The notes beneath the pieces are model-generated. The model worked only from the letters and a program-made list of their open reading frames with translations, had not been told where the DNA came from and made no database searches. The position numbers and the translations under genes are program-made. From the NCBI GenBank assembly GCA_964016885.1, contig CAXHJY010000858.1, positions 10,007 to 74,006 on the forward strand: a stretch of DNA of 64,000 nucleotides. Reading direction: 5' to 3'. Below, in pieces: positions 1-12,757 of this stretch; the stretch's first letter is position 1; the number at the start of each line of letters is the position of its first letter. Source of the DNA: Eledone cirrhosa (taxonomy: Eukaryota).

Positions 1-444
1 GCTTAAATATCTATTCAGTCTCTTCGTAAATGGAACACATATCTAATAATAAAAAGTAATCACGATGTATCGAATAATTTTATAAAATGTAATAAATTTT
101 TATCGATCGTCAAATAGTGTGTCCATATTTCATATTTCTATCATATTTATAAAGGCTAATAGTGTATTTATTGCAAATTGATTAATTTATGTGGTAAGCA
201 TTAACAGTTAATACTGCTTTCATTATCTTTCCTCATAGTAGTAAAGTTTTCTCTAGATTCTATATAACTGAATTGACTCTTTTTTTCTAACTCCCATAGT
301 TCTTATGGAAGGAAAATATCAATGTTTATTCTATAGGTAGTGTGTTCGATCTACAAGAAAGCAGTCCGTCATCATTGTTATTGTTGTTGTTTTTTTGTTT
401 ATTATGTAGTATTGTGTAATATAAATAATGTCTGAAAATGTATA

Positions 445-762
445 CATGGTCCCGTAACTCCCGAGAGAGACGTAGGGACGCCATGTTGACATACGGTGTC
501 TCTAAGACATATTTTTAAGCCTGGTAACGCCCATCTATTCTCCAGGTTGGAATACAGCAGATTTCTTCCAGGGAAAGATAGTGGTAGAATAGAAGTGTGA
601 AAGAGATATAGAGGAGAAATCAACTCCAGTACTTGACTGGTACTTGTTATGGACCTCGAAAGGTAAAAAGGTAAAGTTGACCTCTGTGGGTTTTGAACTC
701 AGATAGTCGAAATAAATATCGCAAAGCATCCGACGTTCTACCGACTCTGACAATTCGTCGCC
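445..762 (-). mobile_element. tRNA-derived SINE, group A, long-tail subfamily
   Basis: Minus strand has GGCGACGAATTGTCAGAGTCGGTAGAACG head, TCTGAGTTCAAA B-box-like motif and GTACCAGT...ACTGG core; its 3' extension (ending GGAGTTACGGGACCAT) is shared with 17530-17798, 28618-28895 and 39438-39850. Confidence 0.75.
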
Positions 763-1194
763 TTATGACTGACCATACAGGATAGTGATATTTAGAATAT
801 ATTTGTTCAAAGTGGTCTGCTTGTTCTACCCACACTGGCGACATTTTAGTTTCTACAAAAGCTAATGTGGAAAAGTGGAGTCAATGTTTGATCCTTAAGT
901 TAACCATTAGATCAGCAAGAATTTTGTCATATCGTATTCAAATATCCTCTCTATTGTCTTAAAATAGAAAGGTCACGTTCTCTAATGGGGTCCTAGCTAT
1001 CCTATGGACAATAAACAAGAGGATAGTCACAGCGGGAATTACATATTGTATCATTACAAGACCCAACAATGGAGACTGGCATTACGCTAAACAACAAGGT
1101 ATTTCTTCTTGAGACATTTTCGTCTTCTTTAATAACTTTACTATGTCCATTATCTCGTATTGTTTCTTGTAATACACTTAAACGGCAACAGTAT

Positions 1195-1490
1195 TAGGCT
1201 AGCGGTAAGGGTGTTTGACCTGCGATCATAATGTCGTGAGTTCGATACCTGGACTGAGTTGTGTGTTGTGTTCTTGAGCAAAACACTTCATTTCCCGCTA
1301 CTCCAGTCAACTCAGCTGGCAAAAATTAGTTGTAACGGTAATTCAAATGGCGAGCCTTGTTACACATTGTGTCACACGGAATCTCCCTGAGATCTACCTT
1401 AAAGATGTACTTGCTCGTTAAATTTATCCACTGGCAGCTCCGTTGTTCAAACAACTGGACGGCTCATCGTTGGAACTGACGGAGTTCCTA
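1195..1490 (+). mobile_element. tRNA-derived SINE, group B
   Basis: A-box-like GGCTAGCGGTAAGG, B-box GAGTTCGATACC, then TTGTGTTCTTGAGCAAAACACTTCATTTC..CTCCAGTCAACTCAGCTG shared with 2175-2412. Confidence 0.8.
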
Positions 1491-2174
1491 CACACGTGTT
1501 GTTATAGGTTTACATTGTTGGTGTATCTACAACAGTGGTACACATGACTGTTGTAGAATATGGTATAGCAGCTAAGTTTATATTCTGAATTAGTCAACTA
1601 ACCATGAAGACTGCATGTTATGCTAAAGTAAAACATATCCAGGCAACATCTCCATTTTGACGGTTGCTAGAGAACAGAGACTTCGAAGAGATTCGGTCAG
1701 TAATTGCTTATAGCGTGTTGTAAAATTATGGTGCCGAATGGCGGGAGACAAATTTGTGGAAGTCACGCAATGAGTACATTTCTTATCCTGAGTTTCTGAA
1801 ATCTATAGAGATGACCTGTATTAGGAAATTCACTAACATATGTATCAAAGCATCTACGCAATGTAGTTCTCGTTGGTTATTACTTGCCTCATTACCCTGT
1901 CTATTGCCATAAGTAATGAAGGCAGCATAGATTGGCACAGTATGATACCTGATTTCAGTGAAAATGAAAGAGGTAAAGTGATTGCAGCCGCGTTGTTTCG
2001 TGATACACGTCAATCAGTGCAACTATGTTAATGTCGCCCATCTCAATAATTTAAGCTTTCTTCCCCCAAATCTTTTCTTGCGATTCACGATATGAAAGTC
2101 ATTATACGAAGAGAAACAAAAGAAAAACAGTTTAATAAGATTGCTCATTGAGAATTTACATTATCGTAAATAGT

Positions 2175-2412
2175 GGAGGCGTGTGGCTTAGTGGTAAACG
2201 TGTTGGATTTACGATTATAATGTCGTGGGTTCGATTCCTGGACCGAGTTCTGTGTTGTGTTATTGAGCAAAACACTTCAGTTCACGTTGCTCCAGTATAC
2301 TCAGCTGAAAGTGAGTACCAGCAATAGCTGGATGTTTAACTCGGTGATGGACAGGTGTCCTGAGCGGGGAGGGGATGAGCTTTGTACTCTCAATCGCTTA
2401 ACCGGCCTGATG
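2175..2412 (+). mobile_element. tRNA-derived SINE, group B
   Basis: GGAGGCGTGTGGCTTAGTGGT (A box), GGTTCGATTCC (B box), TTGTGTTATTGAGCAAAACACTTC core; 3' part differs from the 1195 copy. Confidence 0.8.
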
Positions 2413-2427
2413 TGAGAGCAGGTGAAA

Positions 2428-2525
2428 GACCAGAGTAACACGACACATTTACTTAATAATGATAAATGAATATTTAAACTTTTCTTCGGTATTGAGTGCT
2501 TTTTACTCTCGTCTGTCAACTACAT
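2428..2525. mobile_element. Fragment of TA-flanked Penelope-like repeat family
   Basis: Reverse complement (GTAGTTG..CACTCAATACCGAAG..GTTTAAATATTCATTTA) matches 19235-19300 and 23392-23450; abuts (TA)n. Confidence 0.6.
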
Positions 2526-2740
2526 ACGCATATATATATATATATATATATATGTATATGTATGTATGTGTGTGTGTGAATAAGATAGTACTATTTATGA
2601 CTAGTATGACTGTCATTCAATTTAGTTCTCCATAAATAAATGTATATATATATATATATATATATATACGTGTATGTATGTATTAATACATATGTATGTA
2701 TGTATGTATGTATATATGTATGAATGTATATATGTATCAT

Positions 2741-2988
2741 CTTCGCAATCACACAGCGAGACCAGTGGCTGATTACCAGACTGCTCTTGGAGATACATCT
2801 CATCACACCTGTCATGTGAAAAGGTGTGTAGATCAGTAGGAGGGCTCAAACGACATACAAATGGACATGACGACCAGCCACAGCTTCCCATTGTCAATGA
2901 ACGTTTTGATCATAGTTGTCGATTCTGTGTAAGACATTTTAAAGCATTAGCCAGACATAAAAGCCACGTTCGATCTCGGCACAGATAA
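2741..2988 (+). pseudogene. Frameshifted 3' end of a probable RTE-clade LINE ORF with two C2H2-like fingers
   Basis: Hand translation: ..HHTCHV / (frameshift in a GT run) CEKVCRSVGGLKRHTNGH..HSCRFCVRHFKALARHKSHVRSRHR* (TAA 2986-2988); no TGEKP linker. Confidence 0.6.
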
Positions 2989-3335
2989 AAGTTTTCTTTT
3001 TTTTTTAAGATGTCGTGTGCTGGCCATACTCGATGTGTATGTATGTATGTGTGTGTGTATGTATGTGTTTGTATGTATGTATGTGTGTGTGTATGTATGT
3101 GTGTGTATGTATGTATGTATGTGTGTATAAGATGTTTATCGTCTGTATATCAGAACCACAATACTTTCAGAATAAGTCCTTTACACTACGTTACTCCGGT
3201 AATGTCCTAACAAGTAATTGGTGCTGTAGCTTCATTGATAGACTTAGGCAATGTTTAACTTTGAAGTTTCTGTTTATTAACACATTACTCCCCCCCCCTA
3301 CACACACACACACACATATATATATATACACATAT

Positions 3336-3383
<48 letters not shown>

Positions 3384-3827
3384 CAAACGAGAAAATATAC
3401 ACGTTTGATTTATTGAGGATATTACCTTATAGAGTTTGTCTGATATTATAGTTATTAATTATTGTTTTTGATGCTCTCGTAATTATAACCGTATAAAAGG
3501 TTTGGGAACTTGTTAATTCTCATCAAGAAATGTAATATTCGTAATCATTCTTCATCTCTGCAAGTATTATAAGATTATACATCTTTCTATTTGGAAGGAT
3601 TATAGGATTAAATACAACAGCTTTGGTGTCTTTCTCTGTAGAACATTCACCGGCTTATAGTTCTGCCTGTTCCTTCTCTTCATAAGTTCTTGTCTTGTTA
3701 GTTTATTTACGGCTGCTTTCTTCATTTCCGTAATTTATAAATAAGTTTGATCTTCCTTCTTTGATATTTTGGCGTAATCTTCCTTCCATCGTGTTGATTT
3801 TGTTGTTGCTATTGTTGTAGAGAAAGT

Positions 3828-3937
3828 GCGTGCCTTAGTGATTAGAGAATGGGATTAACAATCACGACTTGACGTTGCGAGTTCGATTCCCAGACCTTGA
3901 ACCTTGAGAAAGATACTTTTTTTTTTCACGTTGCTCT
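3828..3937 (+). mobile_element. Degenerate group B SINE head
   Basis: GCGTGCCTTAGTGATTAGAG, GAGTTCGATTCC, CTTGAGAAAGATACTT..TTCACGTTGCTC. Confidence 0.6.
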
Positions 3938-4774
3938 TTCAGCCAGGAGTTGCAACCGGTAGATAGAATCAGAAAATGAAAAGACTAATGGAAAAATTGT
4001 TTCCTTGGTCCAATTTGACGAGGTCCACTCCAACACCCAAAACAGTCGACTACAAGGACGACTATGTTGAAAAATAAACCTCATTTGGCCACATTCCATG
4101 AGAGTAATTTGGTCAGCCTATGGACTTTGAACTTTTCAGCCGACTCTCGTATTTTACGTTATTCAAAGGACAAAACCTTAGGTTCTGTGTTCAAATACCG
4201 ATTTGGTAAAGTTTAGTTTATATTTTATTATATAACCGTGTACTGAGAATCGAAATGTTTTAAGTGTATACAACAATACTTTCTACATCCTTGAACCAAA
4301 GATCAAAATCAATAATACTTTAGATGTACAATACAATGAAAATATATCCCAGGGGAGACTGTTGGACGCCAAAAGCCTGGATTCATCTCCAATTTCAGTA
4401 ATGTTTTACAGTTTCTTCTACACACAACACTGTTCTCTCTCGCAGATAACATTAAAACAATATAAGATTTCAACACGAAAGCGCAACATTAGGAGTTGCC
4501 CTTCAACTAAGGTATTAGCTGAGAAACATAACGGAATACATTAAAAAAAAATATGAATGAATTCATATTTTATGTACACAAAATATTATCCGCACAGACA
4601 CATACATATACTTACATACATGTGCACTACCCTCCATTAATATATATATATAATATATATATATAATATATATACCACCAGGGCAAAGGCAGCATGATCA
4701 AGCCTTGGTTGTAATATTATTACTTCAACCAAAATGTTGATGAAATTTAGTAGATCGAATTTTCATGGAAGCCA

Positions 4775-4809
<35 letters not shown>

Positions 4810-5084
4810 GTAGGCATTGATATGGTCTATATATATATATATGTTAACACCTCGTTACATTTAGTTTTATACAGAGTTACAAATCGAACATTTATTGATG
4901 GACATACAACAAACCACCTTCACATTGTAAACCCGTATATAAAGTTAGCGGGAAATAATGTCTTATATATACATGACAAGATTCAGGACCCCGACGTTCA
5001 TTCATCAGCGGGACTAATGTCAGACATTAGGGACACGTTACTGGAATATGGAAGGTTTAATGTTATAGAACTGAGCCGGAATTT

Positions 5085-5400
5085 TAAGGGGAGAGAGAGG
5101 GAGGGGGAGACAGAAACAGGGTGAGAGAGAGAAAGAAAGTGATAGGGAGACAAATAAGAAAGTGAAGTGAGGGAGAGAGAGAGAGACTGAGAGGAAGTGA
5201 AGTAAGAGAGGGGGAGAGAGACTGACAGGAAGACAAATAAGAGTGAAGTGAGAGAGACTGACAGGGAAAGAAATAAGAGGGGGGGAGACTAGCAGGGAGA
5301 CAAATAAGAGTGAAGTGAGAGAGATTGACAGGAAGGCAAATAAGAGTGAGGTCTGTGAGAGAGAGTGAGTGTGTGTGTAGTGAGAGAGAGAGACTGTCAA
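5085..5400. repeat. AG-rich degenerate minisatellite
   Basis: Recurrent GACAAATAAGAGTGAAGTGAGAGAGA units. Confidence 0.8.
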
Positions 5401-5879
5401 GGAGGCGTACAAGAAGAGGAGGAGATGAAGAGCTTAAATACAGGCATGTGTTTCTATGACAGTATAGGAAGAGAAGAGTTAATTTTAGATTTAATTAGAA
5501 TAAAAGCAGGAAAGAAGGTAAGAATACAAAATAATGAGAAACAGATGTGAAAAACCTGAATATAGGAGAAAGGGGGGGGGGGGGGTTAATAGAAGGAGTA
5601 CTTGAAGAGAAGGGGGAGGAGAAATGAGTAAAAGACTATGGCAATAAGACATGGAGTATACGTGAGATAGATTGCCATAACGTAGAGGTAGGGGAGAGAG
5701 AGAGCAGAAGGACATGGATTTGTGCAAGAAATCCAGCGAGATTATGAAAATAGGACAGTAACGAGTGAAATTGGCTTTGGAGGATTTGAGGATTTAAGAG
5801 ACAGAATCAATATGATAGAACCCTAGAAAACCAGAGAATGAGAATACACAAAAACATTGTGAAGGGGTTAAAAAATAAA

Positions 5880-6340
5880 GACCGCCCCCACATGGGATTT
5901 ACAACTAAAAACTTCCCCTTTCAAGGTACAAGTCCGGGCAAAGTTTCTTTTTGTGGAAGACCACCTGTCACCCATGCAAACCTGTTTCCCTTCTCCACGC
6001 CACCGATGTTGTCCAAGAGAAAGGCAATGGCTGATATAGCTTGGCACCAGTGATATCGCTCATTTCTACAGCTGAATAAACTGGAGTAACGTGAAATAAA
6101 GTGTCTTGCTGAAGGACGCAACACAGAGCTCGGCCCGGGAATCGAACTGACCATCTCACTGGAGCCATATGAAATAAAGTGTCTTGCTGAAGGACACAAG
6201 ACTGAGCTAGGTCCGGGAATCGAACTGACCACCTCACTGGAACAATATGAAATAAAGTGTATTGCTGAAGGATACAAGACAGAGCTTGGCCCTGGAATCG
6301 CTCTCACCACCTCATGATTGATATCGCATCACTCTAACCC
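5880..6340 (-). mobile_element. Group B-like SINE with a triplicated 78-bp B-box/core unit
   Basis: GAAATAAAGTGT(C/A)TTGCTGAAGGA starts at 6093, 6171 and 6249 (period 78); minus strand GTTCGATTCCCGG B box and GTCCTTCAGCAAGACACTTTATTTC core; left boundary approximate. Confidence 0.75.
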
Positions 6341-6744
6341 ACCCGTCTAAAACAATGCAGGAATCTCATAAACGATACCAAAATATCCAAATTGGGGAGA
6401 GTCCCAGAACATCTACGACTCGTTCCCTCCCCCAGCTCTAATGTATCACAAGTTACTTGAGAAATAAGAGCAGGTGCAAACACATGAATAAGGTTAAAAA
6501 TAATATACGTTACTGCAATTAAATAAGATTGAAGTAGAGAGAGAATATTAAGGAATTGATAGAGAAGAGCGTGACAACGTGTTTATTAATATTTTCAAAT
6601 CTTGATTCCATTAACAGGTTTTCGTATCTGTTAGTGTAATAAATAACTGTATACCACAACCAACTCTTAACTCAGATTTAGTACTTGAACAGCTTTGGCT
6701 ATTTATTACGAAATTTAGATACAATATCTATATCTATCTCTCTC

Positions 6745-6746
<2 letters not shown>

Positions 6747-6825
<79 letters not shown>
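6747..6825. repeat. (TA)n-(CA)n microsatellite
   Basis: Directly visible. Confidence 0.95.
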
Positions 6826-6828
<3 letters not shown>

Positions 6829-7493
6829 TGTGATGTGTGTGTGGAAGGACTGTATGAACGCTTCTGATAGTGGTATCAGATTGGTTTCATGAGGGCCAGC
6901 AGTAATTGAAATGAAATTATTAAGAGGAGGTGATAGAGGTAGGTATATGAAACATATAACGTGACATCTTCTGTCAGGTGTGGCAAGAAATGATAAGTGG
7001 TGAGATGGTTTTCACGATAACACAACGGCAAGATTGTTATGGCGATGAAAAGTGATGATAATGAAGATGAGGACGATTAGAAAGAAATAGAAAAGTAGAG
7101 AAGAATAAGAAAAAAATGATGGTGGTGTGGGGAAAGAAAGAAGGATAAGGGGAAAGGGACATGAGAAGGGCGATGACGATGATGATGATGAGAAAACCAA
7201 TTAGAAGGGGCCGGTGACAAGTAAATATTAGTAATTATTACCTGATGACATCGACAATGATGTCTCTATCAGGTGAGTTCATTGGAATAGAAATATCTTA
7301 TTTAGGCACAAAACCAATGACTTTAGAGGTCGGGTACAGTGGAGGAGGTGGCGGCGGCGTGACTGAGACCCCAGCGGCGTGATGCCCCTGATGTTAGAGT
7401 TAGAGAAAACTCTCTCTACATCCCTTATTGTCATACATTTTACAAGGATTCTGACTTAAGGCAATGGAGAGACTGATATCAAATGAATTCTCA

Positions 7494-7497
<4 letters not shown>

Positions 7498-7582
<85 letters not shown>

Positions 7583-7954
7583 GTATCTACACACGTATAC
7601 ACACAAATATATATATATATATACACACGTATAAACACAAATATATATATATATACACACGTATACACACAAATATAGATATACACATATATAGACAAAT
7701 ATGTATACACACAAATATATATACACACAAATATATATACACGCACGTATATAGACAAATATGTATACACACGTATACATACAAATATATATACACGCAC
7801 GTATATAGACAAATATGTATACACACGTATACATACAAATATATATACACGCACGTATATAGACAAATATGTATACACGCACGTATATACACAAATATAT
7901 ATACACGCACGTATATAGACAAATATGTATACACACGTATACATATAAATATAC

Positions 7955-8018
<64 letters not shown>
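7498..8018. repeat. (CA)n + ~54-bp TA-rich minisatellite + (TA)n
   Basis: Unit CACGCACGTATATAGACAAATATGTATACACACGTATACATACAAATATATATA recurs. Confidence 0.9.
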
Positions 8019-8019
<1 letters not shown>

Positions 8020-8242
8020 TCAAAGGGCTAATTGTCTGGTTATAATTAAAACTTGTAAAATCCTTCGAGATTTGTTTATTAAATCAGGTGTAACTTTACA
8101 AGTTCTCACAAGACTAGATTCATTGCCATTCCTCTACTACAGCTTCCCTGTGTGGTCGCCATTAATATCCGCGTTTATTAATCAACACACCTCCCCTCCT
8201 CCATCTCACCACCACCTCTCAGTTTTAGTGTCACACCCACTG

Positions 8243-8468
8243 TCTCTCTTTCTTTCTCTTCGTCTGTCCTCATCTCTCTCTCTCTCTTTCTCTTCGTCTG
8301 TCCTCATCTCTCTCTCTCTCTCTCTTCGTCTGTCCTCATCTCTCTCTCTCTCTTTCTCTTCGTCTGTCCTCATCTCTCTCTTTCTCTTTGTCTGTCCTCA
8401 TCTCTCTCTCTTTCTTTCTCTTCGTCTGTCCTCATCTCTCTCTCTTTCTTTCTCTTCGTCTGTCCTCA

Positions 8469-8505
<37 letters not shown>
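8243..8505. repeat. CT-rich ~31-35 bp minisatellite
   Basis: CTCTTCGTCTGTCCTCATC(TC)n, about 7 copies. Confidence 0.9.
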
Positions 8506-8506
<1 letters not shown>

Positions 8507-8741
8507 ACATTTATCACCACTCTTTCTTCCTTTCTTTCACTTTCTCCTTTACCATTATATTTCACAGTTGTTTTCTTGTTATTTTAAACTCTCCTTCCTT
8601 CTCCATTTGACACTAACTAGGTCTTGCCTAATGTCTAATCTCTTGTGTTACATACACTAACACACACATATACATACATGCACAAATATATATTGGGAAA
8701 TGCTGTATGTAATTGAATATATATAATCTATCCCTCACTCT

Positions 8742-8958
8742 CTCCCCACTGTCTCTCCCCACCTCTCTTCCACTGCCTCTCCCCACCTCTCTTCCACTGT
8801 CTCTCCCCACCTCTCTTCCACTGCCTCTCCCCACCTCTCTTCCACTGCCTCTCCCCACCTCTCTTCCACTGTCTCTCCCCACCTCTCTTTCTCTTCCACT
8901 GTCTCTCCCCACCTCTCTTTCTCTTCCACTGTCTCTCCGCACCTCTCTCTCTCCCTCT
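8742..8958. repeat. 24/30-bp CT-rich minisatellite
   Basis: CTCTTCCACTG(T/C)CTCTCCCCACCT repeated about 8 times. Confidence 0.9.
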
Positions 8959-9039
8959 CAGGTATGTATAAATATGCATGCAAAACGTAAGCAGAGACAA
9001 CAGTACAATGAAGAAATATATCGGTTTAACGCTTGATAT

Positions 9040-9560
9040 AGTAGGACAAGAGACTTAACGTTTCAGACACTAGTCCTTCATCGGGTGAAAGAGAGTGAGA
9101 AGAGGAAAGAACATTACATATATATATATACACCCACACAGTTAGATAAACCAAGTTTTCTTTAACTATGTTTATTCTTTTACGAAGATGCCGATTGCTT
9201 TCGCTAATCACGTGACTGATGGTACATCGAGCTGTTTCAAAACTCATGAATATATCTTATCTGGCATACAGATCAAAAATGTATAGAAGATAACATTTTT
9301 GAAATTCTAAATAGCATGTAGCATAGATTATTACCTGGTGTATATTTGGATAGGAAAGCATATTTAATGTGTAAATGTTTGTAGACGAGGTTACATTGCT
9401 TTTGAGAAATATAGGACACATTTCAACCACGGCACATATTGGGGGGATCACGTAAACCTAACTTTGATATACAATAACTTATACTTTAGCAGGAAACATG
9501 TTTAGGGTTTCTGTTGAGTGTTTGTGGACTTGTCGACTGATTGGGGCAATGACGGTCTTA
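9040..9560 (-). mobile_element. Probable Penelope-like element relic with 3' hammerhead-like motif
   Basis: Minus strand fragments IAPISRQV, CPIFLKSN, NLVYK resemble the region just before the PLE GIY-YIG domain; downstream CCGATGA-A-GGAC-TAGT-GTCT-GAAACGTT at 9052-9088. Confidence 0.45.
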
Positions 9561-9763
9561 TTTACATATGCGTACATATATATAGTGTAATAATAAATGT
9601 GAAGACTAAAATCCGAAGAGGGCTCGATAAGGAACGCCCCTTCACGAACTTGAAATATGTTCTGCGTCCACAGATTGATTTTTTTTTTTAGTTTCAGAAG
9701 ATCCCGTTAAGGATGAAAGCAGCGAATCTTGCTTAAACTATAATCTGTTATTTTAATTAATAA

Positions 9764-9812
<49 letters not shown>

Positions 9813-11239
9813 TGTGTGTGTGTGTGTGTACAACTATAGTTACAAATGGTTCGTTGATAATCACACACATAATCTACAGTGCTGAGACCGAAGAGATCAC
9901 TAATAATGGGAGTAGTCTATGCGTTGGGAGAGGCAGAGTGGGTGTGTGTATATATATATGTGTGTGTGAGATATATGATGATAAATATACTCACCTACAC
10001 ACACGTGTGTGTATGTACACGTATGCGTTTATTTTTATGAGGAAAAGAATAAAACGCCCAATACACGTCTATATAGACAAGGTCGGCATATCAAAAGCAA
10101 ATTATTTCTAATTCGTTATAAAAATAGAGATTTAATGCAGGGAACTCTGTGTATAATTCCCAGTAAATAAGCACTATTTTGATATTATATAAGGCCAATT
10201 TAGTTTCCTTTTCTAGTTGAATGTTTTTAGGAGTTGTAAAACGTTTAAATGCACGTGATAGGAAGTTACATCTATAATAAAATATTATGTCCATAAAAGT
10301 CGAATAAAAACTGCCCTCGTGTTAAATACTCTTCTCGATGGGTGAAGTGTGTTAACGTGATGGTTACATTTCCTCAAAGATTCGGCTAATTTTATTATAC
10401 CATATCAGTGTTTAAAATAGTAATAACGAATATATATATTCATTGATACAATTTTAATAAAGTGCATATATATATATATATCAGTAGATTTGTGGTTTAC
10501 ATAGGAAGATAAAATATTAGCAAGCTATGGTGTATATATATTGTATATATGTAGTATATAGTGTGTGTATATATATATTTAACATATATGGAGGTGGGTG
10601 CTAGTGTGAGAAGGTAAGTATGTGCTTTTGGTATGTATGTGTGTGTGTTTATGGATGAACACATGCAGTAGAGTTCCTCCAATCCACTTCATGTTTATCG
10701 AGAATTTTAAGAAGCTTTGAACAAAATATATATTTACGATATATTTGCACTGTATTTTCATATTTTCTCTGGTAAAAACACGTACAAGCGCGGGCGCATG
10801 TAGATTTATGTATGTATACACATAAATATATACATATATATATAATTAAGATAGACACACATTTATTTATATATATATTAATAAAAAAAAAATGAATATA
10901 TATATATATATATCCACATGTGTATAGACACACATACACATATGTATCTATATATATATATATACACACACATGTATGTATAGGCTCACATACACATTTA
11001 TATAGTATAAGGAGAAATTGTTGAAGCTACGAGGGAAAAAAAACTATTTATATTTCAGTGTGCAAAGATTGCCAACGCTGTAACTGATCTAGACAAACCG
11101 CTTATCTTTTAAATGATGCATTTTACTGGAACCAAGCTGGGCAGGTAAAACGTCGCTCTTCTACTAACAACTTAAAATAGCTGAAGCGATAATACTTATA
11201 TATATTTTGTATTTATATATATATATATATATATAGGTA

Positions 11240-11441
11240 CGTATATCTATACAAAAATTTCTAGAGTTTAAGATACGGAAGAAGGAAACTCAATCCATAA
11301 CAGAGAAAGAATATGTATATAATACTTTATTCGAAGGTATACCTATTGGTGTGTATTAATATTTCTGTGCTAAGACACTTGTGAATATACTAGTCACTGG
11401 TGTTCCTCCTGTCTCAATTTCAACTATTAACCGATTATGTA

Positions 11442-11484
<43 letters not shown>

Positions 11485-11513
11485 ATATATACATTTTGGG
11501 TGGGGACGCCCTG

Positions 11514-11515
<2 letters not shown>
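11240..11515. mobile_element. Tc1/mariner-type MITE remnant
   Basis: Right end TATATACATTTTGGGTGGGGACGCCCTG-TA resembles the TIR of 43903-43998 and the 15416 array unit; left end not recognisable, boundary approximate. Confidence 0.5.
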
Positions 11516-11572
<57 letters not shown>

Positions 11573-11824
11573 GAGGGGGAGAAATGTAGTTTGAAGGTTT
11601 ACTTTTAGAGTGAGAATTCTGTATTATATTAGACGCTGGAGCTTTTTGAATCGTTACTCGGCAAGTTCACGTTACCGTTTATTCAAACCACTGAACACGC
11701 TATGAAACCAGTTGTACTGATGCGAGAAACTAGCTTCAAATAAGATAATATATACATATATACATATACACACGCACACATACGCGCACAGACACGCACA
11801 TATATTTATATATATATATATATA

Positions 11825-11929
11825 TAGGATAAAGTATGACCCTGACGGCAGAGCTCAAGTCGTTTCTGTAGTCGAGCAATAGCCGTCGAAACCACTTGAG
11901 CTCTGCCGTCGGGGTCATACTTTTTCCTA
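11825..11929. repeat. Inverted repeat, ~41-bp arms, ~21-nt loop, in TA-flanked island
   Basis: AGGATAAAGTATGACCCTGACGGCAGAGCTCAAGTCGTTTC ... GAAACCACTTGAGCTCTGCCGTCGGGGTCATACTTTTTCCT, about 3 mismatches. Confidence 0.9.
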
Positions 11930-11994
11930 CTACCCTAGGTATTGAGTACTCTGGTGCGTTATGGTCCATCTGGTTCCTTACCACAACTCCTTCG

Positions 11995-11995
<1 letters not shown>

Positions 11996-12031
<36 letters not shown>

Positions 12032-12150
12032 ATATGCATGTATATATATATATATATACATGTATATATGTATATACATATATACATAATATGCATGTAT
12101 ATATATATATACATGTATATATATATATACATATATACATAATATGCATG

Positions 12151-12184
<34 letters not shown>

Positions 12185-12431
12185 CATATATACATAATAT
12201 GCATGTATATATATATATATATATCTATATATATATATATACATGCATACATAATATGCATGTATATATATAAATATATATATATACATAATATGCATAT
12301 ATATATATATATATATATACATACATACATACTATGCATGTATATATATATATATATATATATATACATACGTACATAATATGCATGTATATATATATAC
12401 ATACATACATAATATGCATGTATATATGTAT

Positions 12432-12515
<84 letters not shown>

Positions 12516-12757
12516 GTATATATATATGTATATATATATATATATGTATATATGTATATATATATATATATATGTATATGTATATATATGTATTTGTATA
12601 TATGTATTTGTATATATGTATTTGTATATGTATATATATGTATATGTATATATATGTATTTGTATATATGTATTTGTATATATATATTTGTATATATATA
12701 TATGTAAATATATATATATACATACAGACATACATACATACATAATATGCATGTATA
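11996..12757. repeat. Composite satellite CATAATATGCATG + (TA)n
   Basis: Conserved ATACATAATATGCAT core separated by variable-length TA runs. Confidence 0.9.

Noticed and set aside
2175-2245. tRNA genes (also 1195, 3828, 16625, 39315)
   Set aside because: A/B boxes without a complete cloverleaf; most run into SINE cores.
4765-5124. 119-aa ORF with complex middle
   Set aside because: Starts in TA and ends in AG repeat; no motif or convincing splice donor.
7241-7273. CTGATGA-containing hairpin
   Set aside because: No GAAA or stem III; a simple hairpin.
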